Shown here: positions 28,523 through 37,682 of the stretch, piece by piece
How the letters are laid out: each line of letters begins with the position of its first letter
How positions within the stretch are numbered: position 1 is the first letter of the stretch
Assembly: GCA_049322215.1 (NCBI GenBank)
Contig: JBMORU010000001.1
Span: 129,697 to 193,696, forward strand
DNA: 64,000 nucleotides
Origin: Patescibacteria group bacterium
Lineage (GTDB): Bacteria > Patescibacteriota > WWE3 > UBA101185 > UBA10185
Direction: 5' to 3'
Made by a program: the position numbers and the translations under genes
Notes under the pieces: model-generated
What the model saw: the letters and a program-made list of their open reading frames with translations, nothing else
What the model was told of the DNA's origin: nothing
The model's database searches: none

Positions 28523-29145
28523 CACAGCGCAAAAAGGAAGACGAAAAATGGGTTGCAGCAAGATTAACAATCGAGCTGTTTCGCGTTTTATTACAGCTTA
28601 CGGTGTTGGTATTACCCATAATTCACGGGTTACTATACTTCGCACCAAGTGATTTAAACAAAGTAGTAGGTGCAGAAACCCATACAGAAGATGAAAATCT
28701 CATCGCATACTACTGTCAGGATCCCGAAACCGGTGATTTTAGCAGCTGTACCTCGGACGACTGGGAACTTGTTGCCACGGGTTTACCCCCTGTAGTTGGT
28801 GTCGCATCTGACGGCTCAGGCAATCTTATCATATTGTTTGAAGAAGAGGGTTACTACTGGACGGGAGATACTGCAAACGGCCCAACTCAGCAAATTATGC
28901 CCGTGCAAGAAGGTTTGGTAGTAATTGACATCGCAGCAAACCAAGAAGGTGCTTTTGTTGCGGTTTGTCGTCAAGGAGCACGGGTTTGGGATTGCTTTAA
29001 CAACAATCTGGACTTTGCTTTGCAAGACGATCAAAAGCTGGTAGCTCTAACATTTGCAGATGATTCCACCTCTGAACCTGTTTTGTGGTGTGGTGTACGA
29101 GACTCAAAACGTTCAACAGACGCATGCCTAACGCTTGAAGAATAA
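28519..29145 (+). CDS. Membrane-anchored acidic, Cys-containing beta-rich cassette protein
   Basis: ATGA overlap, GAGG SD, N-terminal TM. Confidence 0.75.
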   Translation: MTQRKKEDEKWVAARLTIELFRVLLQLTVLVLPIIHGLLYFAPSDLNKVVGAETHTEDENLIAYYCQDPETGDFSSCTSDDWELVATGLPPVVGVASDGSGNLIILFEEEGYYWTGDTANGPTQQIMPVQEGLVVIDIAANQEGAFVAVCRQGARVWDCFNNNLDFALQDDQKLVALTFADDSTSEPVLWCGVRDSKRSTDACLTLEE

Positions 29146-29160
29146 GTAAAGGCATATAAT

Positions 29161-29205
29161 AGCGGTTTTTGTATTGGTTTAACTAATACACTAACCGCTT
29201 TTTTT
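29161..29205 (+). terminator. Intrinsic terminator
   Basis: AGCGGTT..TGTATTGGTT/AACTAATACA..AACCGCT + T-tract. Confidence 0.85.
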
Positions 29206-29220
29206 ATTTGCTGTTCAATA

Positions 29221-29258
29221 CCCTATAGTTTGACTAGCCGGACACTTTACCCTATAAT
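29221..29258 (+). promoter_or_regulatory. Cassette promoter: CCCTATAG + TTGACT-17-TATAAT
   Basis: Box 29221-29228; a second CCCTATA overlaps the -10. Confidence 0.85.
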
Positions 29259-29295
29259 TAAGCACACAAATCAGGTATTCATAAGGAGATAAATA

Positions 29296-29817
29296 ATGAA
29301 ACCCAAATATGCGGTTACAGTAATAGATACAATTGGTATCGGAAGCGTTTTCATTGTGAAGCGCGAAGACCAGACACGCATTTTGTGGAGAGAATCTGTT
29401 CGCCAGGGCACGCCATTAGTAACGGCTGTGGCAAACTTAGTGACAGACAGGTTTATGGCGTTAGAAGTTACAACTCCAGAAATGTATTATCCAACCTGGA
29501 ACGTAGAGGGAATTGTAGTTGCCCGCTCTTACCCCTCGACCACTCCAATTATCGTTCACAGAACCCACCACACCCGCTACGGCACTAGCTATTTAGTAGT
29601 GGGCAGTGATATTCAGGGTGTATGGACGCTTCATTGGGATCAAGGGCAATACACTTTGACGAAGGAACGCTTCGACGAAGTAAACATCGATGGGCTAGGG
29701 TTTTTGTACGGCATACGCAACGGTAACCGTGTTTCTGTAGGAAACTGGAAAAACGGCCGTGTACAAAAAACCTACGATTTCACGAAGTCGAGACACCCGG
29801 AAGACTACTTCGTGTAA
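29296..29817 (+). CDS. Orphan cassette protein (beta-rich)
   Basis: 173 aa, CATAAGGAG SD. Confidence 0.8.
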   Translation: MKPKYAVTVIDTIGIGSVFIVKREDQTRILWRESVRQGTPLVTAVANLVTDRFMALEVTTPEMYYPTWNVEGIVVARSYPSTTPIIVHRTHHTRYGTSYLVVGSDIQGVWTLHWDQGQYTLTKERFDEVNIDGLGFLYGIRNGNRVSVGNWKNGRVQKTYDFTKSRHPEDYFV

Positions 29818-29822
29818 TAGCC

Positions 29823-29872
29823 AAAGGCGTTTTAGGTATGTATAACTTACAAATCTAAAACGTCTTTTTTTT
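29823..29872 (+). terminator. Terminator whose 3' arm lies inside the convergent host CDS
   Basis: AAAGGCGTTTTAGGT...ATCTAAAACGTCTTT + T-tract. Confidence 0.8.
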
Positions 29873-30742
29873 ATGCATATAAGCTTCAGCAAGTAATTGT
29901 ACAATTTCAGGAATATACTTTTTAAATATAACCTCTTCCCCTTTTTGAGCAATTGGTGCCAAATTAGTCTTGAATTTATGTGTTTGAACAATGCATTTAG
30001 CCAAACTTTTAGCGTTTTCGCTTTCAAACAAAAACCCAGTTTTTCCATGAACTACTCCCTTTGCAGCAGCTCTATCTTCAGAAGTAATCAAAACTTTATT
30101 TAAAGCATAGGCAGAAATAAATGCAGCTTCCTCAGATAAATCAATTAAAAAGTCACAACCTTCTAGAGCCTCATTAAAACTAATTTTAGGATCTAACTCT
30201 TTTAAACTTTTATGTTGCTTTGGCAAAACTCCCGAATAAACCATCGTTACAGGTAAATTTTGAGGCAAAAAGGTTAAAGCTTCATAAATTAAATCTAACT
30301 TTTCATCTGAAACTTTCACCAAATAGCTAGAAGCCTCAGCATTAGTACCATAATCTTTAGCTACATTAGGCTTAAAGCTTAGTAGTGCTCCCAGTAAGGT
30401 GGTTTTTAAATCTGTATTCAATATGTGAAATCCAAAAATTCGCAAAAGTAGTTGCTTTCGCCTGGACGCATTAAAAACATGAAAAACGTCAAATTCATAC
30501 TTAATTTGCAAAAATAACAGGTAAACATACAAAAATGGAAAAAAATTAAAACCTGTATGTACTGTAAATTCCTTAAGTAGTGCTTCATTTCTAGCTGCGG
30601 CCTTTTTTGAAGTCAATACATGAATTTCATAGTTTTCGTCCTTAAGTTTTAAAAGTATCTTAATAAGAATTGAAACTTTATTTTCGTAATCTGACTGGTT
30701 TTCTAAATTAAGTAAATTTATTAATACTACAAGTTTTGGCAT
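29855..30742 (-). CDS. Divergent GT-B (GT4-like) glycosyltransferase
   Basis: YEIHVLT, FDVFHV, VVHGKTGFLFESENAKSLAKCI; canonical EX7E motif degenerate. Confidence 0.55.
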   Translation of the reverse strand: MPKLVVLINLLNLENQSDYENKVSILIKILLKLKDENYEIHVLTSKKAAARNEALLKEFTVHTGFNFFPFLYVYLLFLQIKYEFDVFHVFNASRRKQLLLRIFGFHILNTDLKTTLLGALLSFKPNVAKDYGTNAEASSYLVKVSDEKLDLIYEALTFLPQNLPVTMVYSGVLPKQHKSLKELDPKISFNEALEGCDFLIDLSEEAAFISAYALNKVLITSEDRAAAKGVVHGKTGFLFESENAKSLAKCIVQTHKFKTNLAPIAQKGEEVIFKKYIPEIVQLLAEAYMHKKKTF

Positions 30743-30807
30743 TTTATATAGCGACAGAATAACACAATGAATTGGATTTTTAGTTGAGATTTGGCTAAAC
30801 TTTGATT

Positions 30808-31188
30808 ATGGATAAAAATAAAGTGGTTTACGCAATATTTGTGCTTTTAATTCTTTTATCCATACCTTTAGCTTTAACTATTATAACCGCAAATGAATTA
30901 GCCAACTGCTATGAGCAATCTTCGCAAATATTAACTATAGAAACCGAAAGAATGCTTACAGAAACAGACGGTATACCACAAAAAGGAGACATTTGCAGCA
31001 CTGGCTACACAATTACTAAAGATTTAATGTCTTGCGTGAATAAAGTTGATAAAAAATCTTTAATCCCCTTGCCTATAATATATAAAGCAACCAATTTAAT
31101 TCAAAAAAGCGAAGTTAATCCTATATACGCAGCACAAAAGCACAATGAATTTTGTGGTGAATATAGCGAGTATTTCATAAACCTATAG
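30808..31188 (+). CDS. Membrane-anchored hypothetical protein with 4 Cys
   Basis: N-terminal TM; leaderless TAAACT+6; stop TAG is part of the next box. Confidence 0.75.
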   Translation: MDKNKVVYAIFVLLILLSIPLALTIITANELANCYEQSSQILTIETERMLTETDGIPQKGDICSTGYTITKDLMSCVNKVDKKSLIPLPIIYKATNLIQKSEVNPIYAAQKHNEFCGEYSEYFINL

Positions 31189-31219
31189 CATTTACACTTC
31201 GAGTGTTATGGGGTATAAT
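31182..31219 (+). promoter_or_regulatory. Cassette promoter: CCTATAG + TTTACA-17-TATAAT, with inverted second site
   Basis: Box 31182-31188; TATGGGGTAT (reverse ATACCCCATA) at 31207-31216. Confidence 0.85.
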
Positions 31220-31263
31220 TATTGCAGATTCGAATTCTAATCTAGTACATAAGGAGATCTCCA

Positions 31264-31614
31264 ATGACAAATGAAGAATCGAAAGAAACGCGTCGTAAAG
31301 CTTACTGGCGTCGAGTTCCTGTGGTGCAACTGATTAACACCATTCGTGAACACAAAACCGGCACAACGTATTTCCTGGTAGGCTGTATGATCTTTGCTCA
31401 CGTGCTCGGCTGGCCCTTCATGGTTACCCTGGCAAAATGGACCTTCATCATGGCGACCACCATTTATGTTTGGGAAGCAATCACGGACAAATACGAAGTT
31501 ATTTGGCCTGATATGCCCAAAATGCCCAAATTCCGCCGACTCACGATCAAAGGTATCCGTCGCCGTATCGCTGATGCTCTGAATCCGGACAAACCCGAAG
31601 CCAACAACAGCTAA
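31264..31614 (+). CDS. 2-TM orphan cassette protein, GC-richer codons
   Basis: 116 aa, CATAAGGAG SD. Confidence 0.8.
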   Translation: MTNEESKETRRKAYWRRVPVVQLINTIREHKTGTTYFLVGCMIFAHVLGWPFMVTLAKWTFIMATTIYVWEAITDKYEVIWPDMPKMPKFRRLTIKGIRRRIADALNPDKPEANNS

Positions 31615-31634
31615 ACAACGGCCGTTTCGACCCA

Positions 31635-31686
31635 AGCTACTGTATAAAGAAGCCCAAAACTTTTTTATGCAGTAGCTATTTTTTTT
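31635..31686 (+). terminator. Long terminator
   Basis: AGCTACTGTATAAAGAAG...CTTTTTTATGCAGTAGCT + T8. Confidence 0.85.
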
Positions 31687-31732
31687 CTTACCTATAAATT
31701 AGCCATAACAAAACTCAAAAACTTACCCAATG

Positions 31733-31770
31733 CCCCATAGCTTTGCAATAATTCCAAAAAACGCTATAAT
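31733..31770 (+). promoter_or_regulatory. Cassette promoter: CCCCATAG + TTGCAA-16-TATAAT
   Basis: Box 31733-31740, -10 31765-31770. Confidence 0.85.
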
Positions 31771-31808
31771 CCCAGGCACAAATAATAACAACATAAGGAG
31801 ACAGCAAT

Positions 31809-32186
31809 ATGGCAAAGTATGTACCAACACCAAGTTGGTTTAACAAAAAGCAAGCATTTATTGTTCAAACAGCAAATGGTACTGTTTATAAAATAAACTA
31901 CTTGGGAGATGGATTTTATGAGTTTAAAGCCTTAACCCCACTTAAAGATGCGCGAGCACCAAAAATGTGCCAAATTATTGGAGCAGGAACAGTGGCATAT
32001 GCTAAAAATGATTTGCAAAAGAAAAACCCAATACTTACCACTGTGGCTAAAACAGGTCCATGCCTAGGCTTAACGCTCTTTGTTAAAGATGGCACCCGAA
32101 AAGATTCAACTTGGGCAACTTCCCCCATTGTAACCATTGCTCAAGGCAAAAATACTATGGGAAAACCACTACCTAACAAAAGTTAA
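31809..32186 (+). CDS. Basic orphan cassette protein
   Basis: 125 aa, CATAAGGAG SD; VQTANGTVY and TSPIVTI motifs. Confidence 0.8.
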   Translation: MAKYVPTPSWFNKKQAFIVQTANGTVYKINYLGDGFYEFKALTPLKDARAPKMCQIIGAGTVAYAKNDLQKKNPILTTVAKTGPCLGLTLFVKDGTRKDSTWATSPIVTIAQGKNTMGKPLPNKS

Positions 32187-32195
32187 CCATAACAC

Positions 32196-32245
32196 AAGGT
32201 AGAAAAAGCAAAAAAACCCACTTGCTTCTTCTGCCTTATTTTTTT
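32196..32245 (+). terminator. Intrinsic terminator
   Basis: AAGGTAGAA.AAGCAA...TTGCTT.TTCTGCCTT + T7. Confidence 0.8.
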
Positions 32246-32262
32246 AGCTGTATACTTACTGC

Positions 32263-33477
32263 ATGTCTGAAACATATAAATTTCCATCAGACTTTTTATG
32301 GGGAACAGCAACCTCAGCACACCAAACTGAGGGAAATAATACAAACAGCGATTGGTGGGACTGGGAACAAAACAAAAAGCCAAGTCATAAATATCCAGAA
32401 CAGCCCTCGGGCATAGCTTGTGATTCTTACAGCAGATATGAAGAAGACTTTGACTTGTGTAAACAGCTAAATAATAATGCCGTTAGAATTTCGATTGAAT
32501 GGGCTCGCATAGAACCACAAGAAGGACAATTTAACCAAGAGGCGATTGAACACTATAAAAAAGTATTGAAAGCAGCCAAAGATAGAAATTTAAAAACTTT
32601 TGTTACACTGCACCACTTTACTAATCCCATATGGTTTAGCAAAAAAAATGGGTGGTTAAACAGCAAAGCATCAAAACTTTTTGCTAATTATGCAGAAAAG
32701 TGTGCACAAGAATTTGGTGCACTCACAGACGTGTTTTTAACCATAAACGAACCCCAAGTCTTAGCCTTAATGGCCTTCACAAACGGAACTTGGCCTCCAA
32801 ACAAAAAAAATTTATTTTCTTCTTTAAGAGTGCAATTAAACATGATGTTAGCCCACAAAAAAGCATACAAATCAATTAAAAAAGTGGGTGATTACCCAGT
32901 AGGAATAGTTAAAAACATAGTTTGGTACGAAACAGATCCTTTTAAAAATAACCCTGTTGATAAACTAATTTGTAAATTCATGAATTATATTGGGCGAGAC
33001 TTTTTTTTACGTCCAATTATTAAGCACATTGATTTACTAGGCTTAAATTACTATTTCACAAATAGAATTACTAATCTTAAATCGGTTAGTCCTAGTGACT
33101 ATGTAAGTGACCTAGGCTGGTGGATTAACCCACCGGGCTTAGCAAAAATACTTGAGCATTTGCACACTTATAATATTCCCATATATGTAACTGAAAATGG
33201 GCTCGCAGATTCAACAGACAAATTTAGAAAAACATTCTTGCAAGACATGCTCATTGCCTGTTCACAAGCTATAACTAACGGAGTGCCTTTAAAGGGCTAT
33301 TTTCACTGGTCACTAATTGATAACTATGAGTGGCATCACGGGTTTTGGCCAAGGTTTGGGCTAGTAGAAATAGATAGAGCAAACAATTTACAAAGAAAGC
33401 CACGCCCTTCTTTTTACTATTACGCACAAGTTTGTAAAGAAAATGAAATAAAAGTGGAAAAAAAAGGAGATGCATAA
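32263..33477 (+). CDS. Glycoside hydrolase family 1 (beta-glucosidase-like)
   Basis: FLWGTATSAHQTEG, TINEP, YVTENG, WSLIDNYEW. Confidence 0.95.
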   Translation: MSETYKFPSDFLWGTATSAHQTEGNNTNSDWWDWEQNKKPSHKYPEQPSGIACDSYSRYEEDFDLCKQLNNNAVRISIEWARIEPQEGQFNQEAIEHYKKVLKAAKDRNLKTFVTLHHFTNPIWFSKKNGWLNSKASKLFANYAEKCAQEFGALTDVFLTINEPQVLALMAFTNGTWPPNKKNLFSSLRVQLNMMLAHKKAYKSIKKVGDYPVGIVKNIVWYETDPFKNNPVDKLICKFMNYIGRDFFLRPIIKHIDLLGLNYYFTNRITNLKSVSPSDYVSDLGWWINPPGLAKILEHLHTYNIPIYVTENGLADSTDKFRKTFLQDMLIACSQAITNGVPLKGYFHWSLIDNYEWHHGFWPRFGLVEIDRANNLQRKPRPSFYYYAQVCKENEIKVEKKGDA

Positions 33478-33500
33478 ATATAAAAGTACTTATGCACCTC
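33458..33500 (-). terminator. Terminator of the - strand cassette, overlapping the GH1 3' end
   Basis: GAGATGCATAA / TTATGCACCTC stem with A-tract at 33458-33465. Confidence 0.7.
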
Positions 33501-33510
33501 ACAAATAAGC

Positions 33511-33786
33511 TTAAAGCCACTGTTTGGGGTGAGATTCTACTAAGCTTCTAATGCGATCCAGCAAATTGCGCAATCCCAAAACATCGTAAGAGGTTTTCTT
33601 TAAACCATTAAGCTCGGTAGCATGGTAAATGCGCAAATGAAGGCTTGCAGATACGTTATTATCAAAAACATAGTCGCTAAGTAGGTTACTTAGAGCCGTC
33701 TTTGTTCTAGCATCCAAAAAGTACCATTGCTTGCCATAGTAGAGTGTTGTAGCTCTCTCTAAAAAGTTACTCATTCTCAAAAACAA
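33511..33786 (-). CDS. Orphan cassette protein (start uncertain)
   Basis: AAGGAG 33801-33806; TTGCCG-17-TAAAAT promoter 33828-33856 with CCTATA in spacer. Confidence 0.6.
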   Translation of the reverse strand: MFLRMSNFLERATTLYYGKQWYFLDARTKTALSNLLSDYVFDNNVSASLHLRIYHATELNGLKKTSYDVLGLRNLLDRIRSLVESHPKQWL

Positions 33787-33903
33787 ATTGGCTTTCTTAT
33801 CTCCTTACAAAGATATGTGATAAGCGCATTTTAAACCTATAATAATCAAACGGCAAACACATTAACATTATCCTACGTATAAAATGTAAGGTACAATTAA
33901 AGT

Positions 33904-34992
33904 ATGTTGAGCTTTTTAAAGCGAAAACCTAGCCTAAATAGAGATGCCAAAAAGGGCATTAAATTGATTAAAAAACTATTTACCCTAAAACTCACAAGGC
34001 TCATTTTAATAATACTTGCATTAATAGTATTTTCACCGCTTATAGCCTTTGTTGCCTTACGCCCAAAAGTATCCGAAGAAATAAATTATGGAGTAACTTT
34101 TAGCAATAAGTATGCAGAAGAATTAGGACTTGATTGGCGAAATTCATATATAAAAGTCTTAGACGATTTGGGCGCAAAGAATCTACGCTTAGTAGTGTAT
34201 TGGGATGAAACCGAGCCAACAAATAACGAATATAGTTTTGACAATATAAAGTTTCAACTGGACGAAGCAGAAAAACGTGATGTTAACGTAATTTTAACTA
34301 TGGGAAGAAAAGTACCTAGATGGCCAGAATGCTTTGAACCGGCCTGGTGGAAAAAAATAAGCAGAGAAGTAGATAGAGACGCCCAGCTTTATGAATTTAT
34401 TGCAACAACAACCTCAGAACTTAAGGACTACAAAACAATTAAAAAGTGGCAAGTAGAAAACGAACCATTTTTCCCTTTTGGAGAGTGCGAATTTGAAATA
34501 AAGCGAGATACACTAAAAAATGAAATTGATATTGTAAGAGAAATTGATAACCGACCTATATTAGTACAAGATAGCGGTGAAGGAGGCTACTGGTATCCTA
34601 GCTATAAATTGGGAGATTATTTAGGAATATCAATGTATAGAAGAATTTGGTATGACTTTTGGGGAATTTTTCTTGGCAACCATATTTACTTTAAATACCC
34701 CTTGGCACACTGGTCTTACAAAATAAAAGCAGAAACGTTACAAGTTCCACCAGAGAAGATAATTGTTACCGAACTGCAAGCAGAACCTTGGGGTCCCGGC
34801 ATTAATTCTAAACTTACTACAGACCAAAAAAATAAAACTATGTCACGAGATAAGTTTATAGACACAATAGCCTACGCACAAAAATCCGGATTCAACAACT
34901 TATATTTATGGGGCGTCGAATGGTGGCTATGGGAAAAAGAGGTTAATAATAACGCATTTTACTGGGATACTGCGAAAGCTCTATTCAATTAA
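33904..34992 (+). CDS. Membrane-anchored clan GH-A glycoside hydrolase (GH42/GH5-like)
   Basis: GRKVPRWPEC, WQVENEP, VTELQAEPW, YLWGVEWW. Confidence 0.75.
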   Translation: MLSFLKRKPSLNRDAKKGIKLIKKLFTLKLTRLILIILALIVFSPLIAFVALRPKVSEEINYGVTFSNKYAEELGLDWRNSYIKVLDDLGAKNLRLVVYWDETEPTNNEYSFDNIKFQLDEAEKRDVNVILTMGRKVPRWPECFEPAWWKKISREVDRDAQLYEFIATTTSELKDYKTIKKWQVENEPFFPFGECEFEIKRDTLKNEIDIVREIDNRPILVQDSGEGGYWYPSYKLGDYLGISMYRRIWYDFWGIFLGNHIYFKYPLAHWSYKIKAETLQVPPEKIIVTELQAEPWGPGINSKLTTDQKNKTMSRDKFIDTIAYAQKSGFNNLYLWGVEWWLWEKEVNNNAFYWDTAKALFN

Positions 34993-34999
34993 AGCCTTA

Positions 35000-36439
35000 T
35001 TAGTCTGATAAACCTTCTATAATAACTGAAGAAATAGTAGGCTTTCCAAAGTCATTTACCTTTTTCGAGGGTGCTTTTTGTGTACAAAACCTGTCTACTA
35101 GTTCTTTAGTGTTAATTACATTTAAAGATTTAAATAAAAACTCGAAACGCTCTTCTAACGTAGTGAAAATTGCTTTTTTAGCTTCGGAATCGATATGCCA
35201 CAAATCATGCTTAAATCTTCCCCAACCCTTTTTACGTAATTTGTAGTGAAACTGGTCGTCACTCCAATTAGCCTTTTTTTCATCAAGTTTAGTTTCATCT
35301 AGCCACGTATATATTTTTTCAAGCAGGTCTTTTGGAAAATGCGGGTGATCATAAATTAAGTTTTGAAATCCTGTAGCTAAGTGAATTTCAATTGCCTGTG
35401 TGGCAGGAAAATGTGCAAAGTGTTCATCAGCAAGTGTTGAAGCCCCATGTTGAACAGCTCCTGCAATTTTATAAACTTTTCTTCCATAGGAAGATATTTT
35501 TCCCAAAATAGAAAAATCAATATCAACGTTTGCTAATCGCCCATTAGGAAGAATTACACCCCCATGACTTGTACCAGTTTGAATACTCACTTTGCTTATT
35601 CCAGTTTCTTTGTTATTTAAACCTGCTAGTAAGCCGTTCATATAGACTTTAAAATCTTGCACAGTACTATTGACACCTCCTATATGGCCTATTTCTCCAC
35701 CTACCGAGATTATTAAATTTTTGGGCTGTGAGGCTCTGACCTGGTGTAAAAGTTCTAAAGTATATTTAATATTGGACTCTTGCTGTTCAACAACAGTAGA
35801 CTTTTCTAAATTCACTAAGGTGGATGTATCAATATCTATATTGTAAAAACCGGCTTCAATGGCTTCAGTAATTAACTTTTTTAAAATGTCAATTTCGCCT
35901 TCTTTAGGTACTCCCGGAGATATTGCTTTTGCTTGAAAATGATCACCCTGTATAAAAACGGGACCACTCCATGATTCTTTTATTGCAGCAGCCAAAATTA
36001 CTGAAACATACTCTTCAGGAGATTGATTTGTATAACCCATTTCGCTGCGGGCTATTTCACAAATAAAGGCGCCTACATTTTGCTCTTTTGCAGTTTTAAA
36101 AAGAGCCCTAACCGTGTCATACGTCATTCCCCTAAAATTAAAAGCAGGAGTTGTAAAATTTAACGGAATTTCTTCTTTGCCACGGGCGGTGTACAAGGCA
36201 TAAATAGATGAAGAGTATATGTTTAAGGTTAAGGCAGCTTCCCATATTAACCAACGTGAATGTTTTTTTTCATCGTCAGTACCAAAAACAGCTTTTTCAA
36301 CTAATAAGTCTATTACAGACTTTCTTAAACTACTTTCATTTAAAATTTTAATATTGAAATCGTCAAAAACTTTTATTGTGTCTGAGATTATTTCATTAAT
36401 ACTGTTTGGGAGCATTAGTTTTAGTTTACCAACAGACAC
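35000..36439 (-). CDS. Class II fructose-bisphosphate aldolase family (long form)
   Basis: PAFN, QGDH, GGEIGHIGG, TGTSHGG, VQHGASTL. Confidence 0.8.
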   Translation of the reverse strand: MSVGKLKLMLPNSINEIISDTIKVFDDFNIKILNESSLRKSVIDLLVEKAVFGTDDEKKHSRWLIWEAALTLNIYSSSIYALYTARGKEEIPLNFTTPAFNFRGMTYDTVRALFKTAKEQNVGAFICEIARSEMGYTNQSPEEYVSVILAAAIKESWSGPVFIQGDHFQAKAISPGVPKEGEIDILKKLITEAIEAGFYNIDIDTSTLVNLEKSTVVEQQESNIKYTLELLHQVRASQPKNLIISVGGEIGHIGGVNSTVQDFKVYMNGLLAGLNNKETGISKVSIQTGTSHGGVILPNGRLANVDIDFSILGKISSYGRKVYKIAGAVQHGASTLADEHFAHFPATQAIEIHLATGFQNLIYDHPHFPKDLLEKIYTWLDETKLDEKKANWSDDQFHYKLRKKGWGRFKHDLWHIDSEAKKAIFTTLEERFEFLFKSLNVINTKELVDRFCTQKAPSKKVNDFGKPTISSVIIEGLSD

Positions 36440-36466
36440 GTTTGGTATCTAGCGTATAATTACTTT

Positions 36467-36937
36467 ATGGAATTAAAGATCATTTTTGTAATCATAAACT
36501 TAATACTTGCTACTGCATCATTAACAAACATTCCGGGAGCTTTTTTAATTGCAGTGTCGTCAGGAATATATGGGTATTTAACCAATTTTGAAGTGTTTAC
36601 TGTAGAGAACTTAGTTGTATTCACAATAGTAGGTACATTATCTTTACTACTTGATAATATATTTTCAATTTTAGGAGCAAAAAAGTTTGGAGCAAGCAAG
36701 TATGGTGCTATTGGAGCTTTATTAGGAAGTTTTACAATATTTATTTTAGGACCACTAGGCTTAATTTTGGGTCCGTTTTTAGGAGCACTACTGGGAGAAA
36801 TGCTGTTTAACCGTGCTGACAGTGAAAACGCACTGAAAGCCGCTTTTGGAGCTGTAGCAGGCCTTTTTGCAGGAATTGTAGTAAAAACACTAATCGCATA
36901 CTTTTTAGTAGGCTACTTCGTGTATTTAGTGTTTTAA
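36467..36937 (+). CDS. DUF456 family membrane protein
   Basis: GAKKFGASKYG, GPLGLILGPFLGALLGE. Confidence 0.85.
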   Translation: MELKIIFVIINLILATASLTNIPGAFLIAVSSGIYGYLTNFEVFTVENLVVFTIVGTLSLLLDNIFSILGAKKFGASKYGAIGALLGSFTIFILGPLGLILGPFLGALLGEMLFNRADSENALKAAFGAVAGLFAGIVVKTLIAYFLVGYFVYLVF

Positions 36938-36989
36938 AAAAATAAGGACTGCATATATGTTGTGTTGTTTACATACATATATACAGCCC
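36936..36989 (-). terminator. Long terminator (GACTG...CAGTC family), - strand
   Basis: GGGCTGTATATATGT...ACATATATGCAGTCC + T-tract on -. Confidence 0.8.
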
Positions 36990-36997
36990 AAAGTTAG

Positions 36998-37606
36998 TTA
37001 GTTATTAGACGGGGTGACACGTGTGCCAGGCACATTAGGGTCAATCATGTCACACATCCAACCATCATTTTCCCCGGGACGGCCACTAATGCAGGCACTA
37101 GGACTGGGGCTATTATCGGTTGCGCCCATACAAAGTGCAACTTTGATTTCGCCTTCCAGCATATCTACATCAGAAACCGAATACCAGACAACAGGTAAAC
37201 TCTGATCACATCTGGAGTCACCTAGCTGTGGGAACTCTTTCCACCATTCCAAATTTCCGCCGACGGCATTTAGAGAGGGTGCTACAACATCATCGACATC
37301 TCCGACACCACCACCAGAACCTGGAAGTGTTTCGTTAGCGGTAGCTTCGTCTGGGGTATTGGACAAAACAGGAGTAACAGCAACACCAGGCGTATCCGTA
37401 GGCATTTCAAGAATTTGATCATGATAAACGGAATCCTGCTCCTGTGCGGCATCCAACTCAAGAACCTTAGGAACAGACGTCGCTTCAGTTTCTGTAACAG
37501 AGGTGTCAGTGTCACCAGGAAACTCCGGTGTATTACAGGCAACCAAAGCAAAAGCTAAACCGACTAGAACCAAAACCAGCGTACGTAAAAACTTGTTTTT
37601 AAACAT
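36998..37606 (-). CDS. Putative lipoprotein (cassette gene), acidic T/P linker and Cys-rich C-terminal domain
   Basis: LVA-C lipobox; AAGGAG SD. Confidence 0.75.
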   Translation of the reverse strand: MFKNKFLRTLVLVLVGLAFALVACNTPEFPGDTDTSVTETEATSVPKVLELDAAQEQDSVYHDQILEMPTDTPGVAVTPVLSNTPDEATANETLPGSGGGVGDVDDVVAPSLNAVGGNLEWWKEFPQLGDSRCDQSLPVVWYSVSDVDMLEGEIKVALCMGATDNSPSPSACISGRPGENDGWMCDMIDPNVPGTRVTPSNN

Positions 37607-37642
37607 TTTAATCTCCTTTATTAGTTTACGTAGTGTTCAGAT

Positions 37643-37671
37643 ATTTTATCATACTATGGGGTATATAACAA
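37643..37671 (-). promoter_or_regulatory. Cassette promoter, box inside spacer: TTGTTA-[CCCCATAG]-TAAAAT
   Basis: ATAC-CCCATA-GTAT on - strand, 17-bp spacer. Confidence 0.8.
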
Positions 37672-37682
37672 TAATTTAGCTT

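Noticed and set aside
5813-32245. Prophage
   Set aside because: No integrase, terminase, capsid, tail or replication genes, and the orphans alternate with ordinary host genes.
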